Assembly (NCBI RefSeq): GCF_004010195.1
Contig: NC_057719.1
Span: forward strand, 8,242,224 to 8,306,223
Direction: 5' to 3'
DNA length: 64,000 nt
From: Chiloscyllium plagiosum
Lineage: Eukaryota
Shown: in pieces, positions 27,426-35,762 of the stretch
How the letters are laid out: each line of letters starts with the position of its first letter
Position numbering within the stretch: position 1 is the stretch's first letter
Program-made: the position numbers and the translations under genes
The notes under the pieces: generated by a model
Told to the model about the DNA's origin: nothing
Databases searched by the model: none
The model's input: only the letters and a program-made list of their open reading frames with translations

Positions 27426-28499
27426 CTGAGTCCAGGTCTTTTTGACCAGCAGCGATGGAGGATAGCTACAATTGACTCTTCAGGAAAAGAAGATTAACGT
27501 CAAGGTGTAGTTAATTCCGTGAAAGCTCTTGGTTTGGGTTTCATTGGCGGTCAGACGAAATTGCAAAGGCCGTCGGGAACCAGAGTTGGTACATCTGTCT
27601 CCTTGGTGAGGGTGGGGGAATCCTCATGTATAGTCTCCACCCAACACTGTGTGCCATCATCAGGCTGTGAAATCACTAGCCCCTTCAGAGCTGACAGCTT
27701 ATTTACAGCTAATGTCTTTGCTTAAAGTAACGCAGCAGGGAATAGGAGAGTACTCTAGCAATGTGCAGTGGGCTCCTTAATCCCTGGGAAAGTCACCATA
27801 TGCCCATACTGCTTTTCCAGTTACCTTTGACTGAAATTCAACTCTGTGAGTGCCCCCTGCGGAGGACTAATGTAAGAACCTGCTCCTCCTCTGAAGTTTG
27901 CAATCCTCCACCAGCCACTCAGCCCTCCCTCACCCCTCCCCACCTCCTTCAGGGTGTAAGTTCTGTCTGATTGTCCATATACAGGGTTGCACTGCAGTGG
28001 CAATCACTCTCACTGCACGCAGAACCTCTCGGCCAGCAAAGGTGCCATAATATTCAGTCTGTGTGTGTGTGTGTGTGTAGCTCTCTCCAGACCCATCCCA
28101 TCAGCACTGTAGGCTAATGGCCTGCTGGTTAGCACATGGGAGGCTGTGGGAGCTTGCTGTGCGTGAATTGGCTGATGGATGGTGCTCCTTGCCTTACAGC
28201 AGTGGGACACGCCGGTATGTGCCTCCATTTGGCCTTCAAGCCTTCGCCAATGTTGTTAGGGCTTTGCAGGCGCCATACAAATGCACGCCCTTCCTTTTTT
28301 CACTGATGAAACTTTGACCGTAAAGTTCCCGGAGCAGACTCAAAACAAAACTCAGACTGAACTCTCTCTCTCTCTCTCTCTGTGTGAGTATCTATTACTT
28401 CCACATTTTTCCAACAACAAACGACATTGAAGCTTCGGGTAATCCTGTTTTTTTTTGGAATACAATCTGCGTTCGGTTTTTTTTTGAAACACCAAGTTG

Positions 28500-28570
28500 A
28501 CTCTTTTCCAAAGCGAGCAGCTCACGTGAAGATTTTTCCGGGAGATTAGCCGGGCTCTGTGTATATATGG
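28500..28570 (+). promoter_or_regulatory. Core promoter of the deiodinase gene: palindrome TCACGTGA (28522-28529) and TATA box (TATATA 28562-28567)
   Basis: Motifs seen directly ~400 bp upstream of the ATG and followed by a purine-rich leader. The TSS (~28590-28600) is inferred from TATA spacing only. Confidence 0.65.
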
Positions 28571-28702
28571 ACGGCACTCCAGCAGCTCCTACAGACTCTG
28601 GGACTCGTCTCAAGGGAGCAGCGTCTGCAAACTGGGGGAGAGAGAGAGAGGAGAGATAGAGAGGGGCAGGACAAATATATAGAGAGAGGGGGGGCAGGAG
28701 AG

Positions 28703-28714
28703 ATGGAAATTTAG
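28703..28714 (+). promoter_or_regulatory. uORF1 (ATG GAA ATT TAG; M-E-I-stop)
   Basis: gagATGG strong Kozak context, within the predicted 5' UTR. Confidence 0.6.
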
Positions 28715-28793
28715 AGAGAGAGAGGCAGGAGCGATAGGAGAGAGAGCTGGAGAGTAACATTGGCCAAGCTGAAACAAGAGTTTTAAACGAGTG

Positions 28794-28802
28794 ATGGAAT
28801 AG
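28794..28802 (+). promoter_or_regulatory. uORF2 (ATG GAA TAG; M-E-stop)
   Basis: gtgATGG strong Kozak context, within the predicted 5' UTR. Confidence 0.6.
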
Positions 28803-28969
28803 TTTTCCCAGCATTTTGAAAAGTGTAAGAGCGTCCACCTGGGGGAGAAAAAGACAGCTACAGACCCCAGGGTCTCCTTTCTGCTCTCTCTCCCCCAATT
28901 CCCAGCACTAACCCCTCCTCCCCATAGAGGTAGAGGAGGGTGGTGGGAGGGGAAGGGGAAGGGGCAGGG

Positions 28970-29821
28970 ATGGGTTTGCGCAGTGTTGACCTCCTCATCA
29001 AGCTGCAGATCCTGCCGGGTTTCTTCTCCAGCTGCCTGTTCCTGGCCGTGTACGATTCGGTGGTACTGCTGAAGCAGGCAGTGTCCCGCCTGAGCGGTCC
29101 AGCAGCTGGAGATGGAGTGCCCCGCATGCTGACGGTGGAGGGGATGCAGACGGTGTGGAGGAGCTTCCTGCTGGATGCCGCCAAGCCGGTGAGGCCGGGG
29201 GGCCAGGCCCCCAACCCCCGGGTGGTGAGGCTGGGCGAGCGGCAAGGTGAGGCGGAGCGGCTGCAGAGGGTGGGAGGCCTGGCGGAGTGCCGCCTGCTGG
29301 ATTTTGCCAGCCCTGGGCGACCCTTGGTGGTCAACTTCGGCTCGGCCACCTGACCCCCCTTCGTGGCCAGCCTGCCAGCTTTCTGCCGCACGGCGGAGGA
29401 GTACCAGGCTGGCGCTGACTTCCTGCTGGTCTACATCGATGAAGCTCACCCCTCAGACGGCTGGGCTGCCACCTCGCCCTTCCAGCTGCCCCGTCATCGC
29501 ACCCTGGCCGAGAGGTGTTCCGCCGCTAGCCTCCTCCTCCGGCACTTCCCGGTGCCCCCCCAGTGCCCGGTGGTAGCCGACTGCATGGACAACGAAAGCA
29601 ACGTGGCGTACGGCGTCTCCTTCGAGAGGTTCTGCATCGTGCAGGACCAGAAGATTGTGTACTTGGGGGGCAAGGGGCCCTTCTTCTACAGCCTGGCAGG
29701 GGTCAGGGCATGGCTTGAGCAACACCGTCTGAAACAGGGGGCAAAGGTTGGCAGCGATGCCCCCCACGACCTCCCGGCTCCCATTCCAGCTGCTACCCAC
29801 AGCCCTCAACTGGACGTATAA
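28970..29821 (+). CDS. dio2: Type II iodothyronine deiodinase-like selenoprotein, single coding exon, 283 aa, Sec (TGA) at 29351-29353
   Basis: ORFs 28940..29353 and 29363..29821 are in the same frame and joined by TGA-CCC-CCC-TTC. Joined protein: MGLRSVDLLIKLQILPGFFSSCLFLAVYDSVVLLK...RPLVVNFGSAT-U-PPF...DFLLVYIDEAHPSDGW...AYGVSFER...QKIVYLGGKGPFFY. These are D2-type motifs (N-terminus resembles D2 MGILSVDLL..LQILP.FFS.CLFLA.YDSV.LLK; Ala two residues before Sec where D1/D3 have Cys). ATG in strong context gggATGG. No frameshift or other internal stop. Ortholog versus paralog is unresolved, so read the symbol as dio2-like. Confidence 0.95.
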
Positions 29822-30499
29822 CATCCTGGGAGTGATCTGAAGAAGAATCACTGAAGATATCCAACACCAATGAAGCCATTTCAGCCATTACCAGATGCCA
29901 ACCATTCACCACCATGTCCTTCTCTCCTTAGATGCTGCTGAGCTTCTCTCCGCCTGATTCCGATGTCCGGCCAAAGCCACCGTGTTTTGCTTTGTTTCCC
30001 CTGTGCCTGGCAGTGCTTCCAGTCGCTCCTCTGCCCAGTTCAATGGGCAGACCTATCACTGCCAAGGGGCACCGAACACTGGGCCATAAATACCAACATA
30101 TTCTGGCAGCTTTCGCAACCCGAGATTAAATTTTGTGTTTTACGAAAAGCATCAAGACAAGCAAGAGAACCTTACCCCCTCGCCCGCCTTCAGGTTACAC
30201 AAAAGCCACGTTAAAAACCACCATGAGCGGTCTCTTTCCAAGTGATTAAAAAGACTGAATTGAACAAGAAAGTCTTTCTTCTGGACAGAGACTGTTTTGT
30301 TTAATTACCGTGGGACTGCTTTCAAAATATCCTCCAGGTTTTCCATGTTGATTTTATGTTTAGAAAGTAATTTATTTGTTTTAGTTGAATTCTGTAGCGC
30401 TCTCAAATGTTTGCAGGTCTAACTCAGTTCTTTTGCCATCGTTCTCTGTGCGTTTTCATCAGTGTGCAGAAAATTGCATGTTACATCAGCTTCGTCCTG

Positions 30500-30650
30500 T
30501 CTTATAGTTCAGAAGAGGAGTCCAGAAGGACTCGAAACATTTAACTTTGTCTGTCTGTCTGTCTCTCTCTCTCTCTCCACAGATGCTGCCAGACCTGTTG
30601 AGTTTCTCTCTGTGTTTGCTTTCGTTTTCCAGCACCTGTGGAATTCTGCC
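30500..30650 (+). mobile_element. Degenerate Penelope-derived short element with hammerhead relic (30506-30546) inside the deiodinase 3' UTR
   Basis: AGTT-CAGAAGA-G-GAGTCC agaa GGACTC-GAAACATTT-AACT, then ...ctctccacagatgctgccagacctg.tgagtttctc..., matching other copies at ~37528-37660 and ~48605-48740. Confidence 0.75.
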
Positions 30651-30714
30651 TCTCTGTTCTAAGTTATTGAGTTCCTGGGTCCACCTGCAGCAACCGATGA
30701 GGCCAGGCTGGGGA

Positions 30715-30802
30715 GGGAGTGCGTGTGCAGAATGAAGATAACTGACCAAAGAGTCCTGCACTCAGTCAGTATTCGGAAGAGGAAGCAGCACTGCCCACTC
30801 CC
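30715..30802 (+). promoter_or_regulatory. SECIS element (type II) in the 3' UTR of the deiodinase gene
   Basis: ATGA at 30732-30735; helix II GATAACTGAC / GTCAGTATTC; unpaired AAA at 30748-30750; apical mini-stem GAGT/ACTC; GGAA at 30775-30778 completes the GA/GA core; lower stem GGGAGTG (30715-30721) / CACTCCC (30796-30802). Lies between the stop codon and the poly(A) signal. Confidence 0.9.
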
Positions 30803-30918
30803 ATTGTGGAAGAATGTGGAAGGAGTCTGACTGTCTGCCTTGGAATTATTTATATAGATAGATAGATAGATAGAATCAACTTGTGGTGCTATGCAGTGTG
30901 CACTTTTATCTGTGTTAT

Positions 30919-30924
30919 AATAAA
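30919..30924 (+). terminator. Polyadenylation signal AATAAA of the deiodinase gene
   Basis: AATAAA ~120 nt after the SECIS, followed by GT/T-rich sequence (ggttttgtagctgacttgttt). Confidence 0.75.
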
Positions 30925-31397
30925 AGGTTTTGTAGCTGACTTGTTTCCGTGATGCTTTATTTAATTGTACAACAATAACTGAGGGACCCTGCCTCTGACC
31001 TGGAAGGTGGGCTCCAAAGATGTCCTCACCCATCCTGTCAGATTGGTTACATATATTTGTAATGGGTGTCTGGTTATGTTGCAGTGGTAGCTGACTTCTT
31101 TTGCATCTGTGTTTGGTTATTTAATTGAACAATGATTGAGGATCCCTTGTGGTGCTGTGGTAGTGTCCCTACCTCTGAGCCATAAGGCCCACATTCAAGT
31201 CCCACCTGGTCCAGAGGTGTGCATTAACATCTCTGAATAAGTACTTTAGGAAATATCTGTGTTAATAATTGTCCCAAAGCCACTCTGCAGTTAATGAATT
31301 ACTTTCTAAACGCTTAGTCAGTGACACTGCCATGTGACAAAGAGCAAGATTTAGTTTTTGTTTCAAAGTGATATTGATTGGGAATAAATATTGGCTA

Positions 31398-34032
31398 CTC
31401 AGCAAATGGGGGATGATCTCTCCTGCTTTCCTTTGAGACACGCCTCGGGCGAGCGTTGCTGCTCACCCACCTGTCGCTGCTTACTAGCTGAATAGGAAAT
31501 AACCAACCCCCGAGCATAGGCTTTAGCTGTTTCCCAAAGAATGGATGGGCTACTGGCTGAGTCTGAGTTAATATCTAAAAAAGCCCTGAGCTCAGTAAAA
31601 AAGAATTCAATAAACTTGTTATCCTTAAGGATGAAGGGGTCCAGTCGCCAGTGCCTTGAGCCTACCACTGTATCCTTATTCTTAACCATTAAATACACTA
31701 GGGTGTGATCAGAAATAGCCATTATGCCAATTGTACATGACATCTCCGAGCTCAGATGTGCTGCGGGAGTCAGAAAAAGATCAATCCTGGTATGGCATTT
31801 ATGTGGGTTCGAAAAGAACATGAAGTCCCTGCCAGTTGGGTGAAGGTGCCTCCAAACATCTACCAACCCCAATTCAGCACATGAATTCCTTAATCGTTTA
31901 GATCGCAAAGAAGATATCAGTGGGCCTTCAGGCAATCTGTCTCCCGTAGGGTCTATGAAACAATTGAAATCCTCTCCAATGATGATTTGTTGAGATACAA
32001 GGTTAACCAGTCTAGAAAGTGCGTCTGTCAAGAATTTAAGGGGGTGGGATGGGGGACAGGAAACATTTAAGATCCCGTATTCTTCCCCATGTATCAAAGC
32101 TTTAAGGATTACAAATCTCCTGTGTGTGTCTTTAATGCACTCTAAAAACTTAAATGAGAGATTCTTTCTAACTAGAATGGCCACCCCTCGAGTCCTCGTA
32201 TTGAAAGATGAAAAATAAACCCAGTCATACCCATTCTGTTGCAGCTTCAAATGTTCTGCATCATCCAGTTGTGTTTCTTGTAATAAGGCAAGATCCATCC
32301 TCTCCCTTTTAAGGCTGGAGAATACCTTCTTCCTCTTGACAGGTGAATGACTCTTCTTAATATTCTAGGTGCACCATTAGCCATGACCTTCCATAGCACC
32401 ACCTAGAGTCCAGAGAGGAAGAACCCAAACTGCAGATTGCTGAGCTTTAATGCAAAAGAATCTACAAAACCCAAAAACTACACAGACTAAAATAACTACA
32501 GCCAACAAATCTACAAAACTTACAAAATCTATGTACAGCAAAAACAGAAACACAAAAAATTGTCAAAGGCACTGATTGGAGGAACCATCCCGACCGCCCT
32601 CTCAAATCCTACCAACTCGGGTCATACCACATACACCAACCGCCGTCTCAACTCCGACCAACCCGGGTCGTGCCACATACACCAACCGCCGTCTCAACTC
32701 CGACCAACCCGGGTCATACCACATACACCAACCACCCTCTCAACTCCTACCAACTCGGGTCGTACCACATGCACCAACCACCCTCTCAACTCCTACCAAC
32801 TCGGGTCATACCACATACACCAACCACCCAGTAGAGAAAAAAACAAACACCCAAAGCAAGGTTTGTAATATAAACAAGTAATCTAAAAATAACCATGTTA
32901 CCCATCCCTTAACATAAGTTAAAAATTAAAGATAAATACTCTATCCATCCCGGACATCATTTCACGCAACTTATTACCAGAAAGGAGACTCCACCAAGTC
33001 CTTTTTAAAAAAGATTAAACGTGAACAGCTCTGTCCTATTCGGCCATTCAACTTAAGTCAATGTGACCACAAAGTTCTTCATTTTTTCTGGCGAGTCGAA
33101 CAAATGGATGAATCCGTTATGATTAATCGGAAGCACTACTGGATATCTTAAAGAATACGGGATCCCATGCTCTCTCAATCTCCTCTTGACACCGTCGTAG
33201 GACTTCCTTCTCCGGACCACTGCCGCCAAGAAGTCTTGAAAAAACATGATCCTGGAGCTGCCACATACCAACGCCCTCAGGTCCCTCCCCTGGGTTTGAG
33301 AGGCTTCCATGACCTTCTGCTTGTCTTTATAATGATGGAACCTCACCAGGACAGGACGTGGGCACTGCTCCATGCCTGGCCTTCATGCCACGATCCGATG
33401 GGCTCTTTCAATTGTTATCCTTCCCTTCTCAACCTCCAAACCAAGGAACTCCAGGAACCACTTCTCAAAGAACTCCACCGGCCACTCACCTTCTGTCCTG
33501 TCCAGTATGCCAACAAAGCGCAGGTTCTTTCTCCTGCCCCTGTTTTCGGGATCGTTTACCAGATCCAACAGACCCTGGTCCTGTGTTTCCAGAGCTTCAA
33601 TCCGGCTCTTGGAGGAGTCAGTCTATGCATCTTCCCCACCAGCCTGGCGCTTGAGCTCATCGGTCCTTTGTCTCAGGTCTTGCACAATAGCATATACAGA
33701 AGCCAGCTTCTCCCTGATTTTTCCTGGATCTGCCTCCCCAGGACCTCACGAGATCTGGCCAGCTCCTCAACGAGGGTCTGGTGAATAAGCGAGCCTGCTG
33801 CTTCAGACGACTGGGCCATGGCCCGGGCCCTGGATGGGCTTCCTCCTTTCGTCCCATTCTCCAGCTGCAAGGACAAAGGTAAGTCAATTTTTTTTCAAGT
33901 TTCTAGCTCTTTTCCTGTGTTTTTACTCGCAATAAAGTGTTTGGGATGGATCCTGGCTCTGTTGGGTCAGTGTTGCAGTGCAGAACCCAGCAAATGAGAT
34001 CCTAACAGGACGCCGCCATCTTGGTTCGCCCC
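31398..34032 (-). mobile_element. L1-clade LINE, 5' portion only (5' end, degenerate ORF1, ORF2 endonuclease)
   Basis: 5' end GGGGCGAACCAAGATGGCGGC; ORF1 motifs ENRGRRKNLRFVGI, IERAHR, PRPVLVRF, IMFFQDF; APE motifs LLQET, RGVAILV, IIGEDFN, DVWR.LHP, TRIDLFL, ISDH. No RT seen. Confidence 0.9.
32593..32830. repeat. 46-bp tandem repeat (~5 copies) in the L1 inter-ORF region
   Basis: Unit aaccgccgtctcaactccgaccaacccgggtcgtgccacatacacc; offset 32641 to 32687 = 46. Confidence 0.9.
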
Positions 34033-34422
34033 TTAAGTCCCTTTTAAACCATTCCCCTTTCACCTTAATCCTATGCCCTCGAGTTTCGGACTCTCCTACC
34101 CTGGGGAAATGACCTTGTCTGTTTACCCTATCCATGCCCCTCCTGGTTTTAATAAGGAGGAACAAGACAGAAGCAAATAAAGTGAATGAGAGTAAAATTA
34201 GAGACTTGATACTCAAAGAGCGGGAAAGGACAATTCGATGGAGAGAACGAGAGAGAGAGTCAAAGTTACTTGAAGGGAAAAGTCTATAGTGATATGGAGA
34301 AAATGATTCCCCAATGAGCCAGATGCCTCTTTTTCTGCTCAATATTCAACATGAGAAGCATAATGGAAAAGTAAGGAAACAGTTTTAGCATTTTAAATTA
34401 TTAAATCCTTGCACTTTAATTG

Positions 34423-35762
34423 TGTTGGCATGGTGGCTCAGCAGTTGGCACTGCTGCCTCACAGTGCCAGGGACCTGGGTTCGATTCCAGCCTCGGGTCT
34501 CTGTCTCTGTGGAGTTTGCATGTTTTCCTTGTCTATGTGAGTTTCTTCCCACAGTCCAAACATGTGCAGGTTAGATGGATTGGCCGTGCTCAATTGCCCA
34601 TAGTGTCCAGGGATGTGTAAGCTAAATGAATTATGGTCCTGATACGGTCTCCTCTACATTGGGGAGACAGAATGCCTACTTGCAGAGTGCTTCAGAGAAC
34701 ATCTCGGGGACACCTGCACCAACCGACCCCACCGCCCCGTGGTCAAACACTTCAACTCCCCATCCCACTCTGCCGAGGACATGCAGGTGCTGGGCCTCCA
34801 CCACCGCCACTCCTTAACCACCCGACGCCTGGAGGAAGAATGCCTCATCTTCTGCCTCGGGATCCTCCAACTCCATGGCATCAATGTGGATTTCACCAGT
34901 TTCCTCATTTCCTCTTCCCCCACCTTATCCCAGTTCCAACCTTCCAGCCCAGCACCGCCCACATGACCTGGGTCACCTCTCAATTTTCCTTCCCACCTAT
35001 CCAGTCCACCCTCCCCTTTGACAATCATCATTGTCCCCACCTCCATCTACCTGTCACATTCCCAGCTAACTTCCCCCCAACCGTGCCCCCTCCCATTTAT
35101 CTCACCACCCTCTCGGCTCACAGCCTCATTCCTGATGAAAGGCTTTTGCCCGAAATGTCCATTCTCCTGTTCCTCGGATGCTGCCTGACCGGCTGTGCTT
35201 TTCCAGCATCACACTCTTCGACTTTCATTTCCAGCATCTGCATTCCTCACTTTTGCCAAGCTAAATAGAGTCATAGAGTCATAGAGATGTACATCATGGA
35301 AACAGACCTTTCGGTCCAACCCATCCATGTGGACAGATATCCCAACCCAATGTAGTCCCACCTGCCAGCACCCGGCCCATATCCCTCCAAATCTTAAATG
35401 TTGCAATTGTACCAGCCTCCACCACTTCATCTGGCAGCTCATTCCATACACGTACCTACCTCTGTGTGAAAAGGTTGCCTCTTAGGTGTCTTTTATATCT
35501 TTCCCCTCTCACCCTAAACCTATGCTCTCTAGTTCTGGACTCCCCCACCTCAGGGAAAAGACTTTGCCTATTTATCCTATCCATGCCCCTCATAATTTTG
35601 TAAACCTCAATAAGGTCACCCCTTAGCCTCTGATGCTCCAGGGAAAAATGGATCCGCCATGGGAAATGCAGGGTTAGGGGGATGGGGTGGGTCTGGGTGG
35701 GATCCTCTTCGGAGCGTCAGTGCAGGTTTTGTGGCCTGCTTCCACACTGTAGGGTTCTATGA
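34423..35762 (+). mobile_element. SINE split by a Penelope GIY-YIG fragment (34628-35257, +) and a CR1 3' fragment (~35267-35648, -)
   Basis: TSD AAGCTAAAT at 34619-34627 and 35258-35266 flanks the Penelope piece (HFNSPSHSAEDMQVLGL...RRLEEE); the SINE tail resumes at ~35655. Confidence 0.8.

Noticed and set aside
28326..28544. Two STAT/GAS-like sites (TTCCCGGAG, TTCCGGGAG) near the promoter
   Set aside because: Both miss the terminal A of TTCnnnGAA; too weak without conservation data.
29186..29194. ccg|GTGAGG as the splice donor of the DIO2 intron
   Set aside because: The sequence after it is already exon-2-homologous coding sequence in frame, so there is no intron at this site.
29351..29353. 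TGA as a premature stop (pseudogene)
   Set aside because: It sits exactly at the catalytic Sec position, the frame stays conserved for 155 more codons, and a SECIS is present.
28610..29449. 279-aa and 177-aa minus-strand ORFs overlapping the deiodinase
   Set aside because: Antisense shadows of a GC-rich CDS; no recognisable domain.
30370..30852. AU-rich (ATTTA) instability elements in the 3' UTR
   Set aside because: Only isolated pentamers, expected by chance in AT-rich sequence.
31398..34032. Adjacent L1 as the direct cause of the intronless gene (retrocopy or transduction)
   Set aside because: Opposite orientation, no poly(A) tract or TSD around the gene, and a D2-like promoter is retained.
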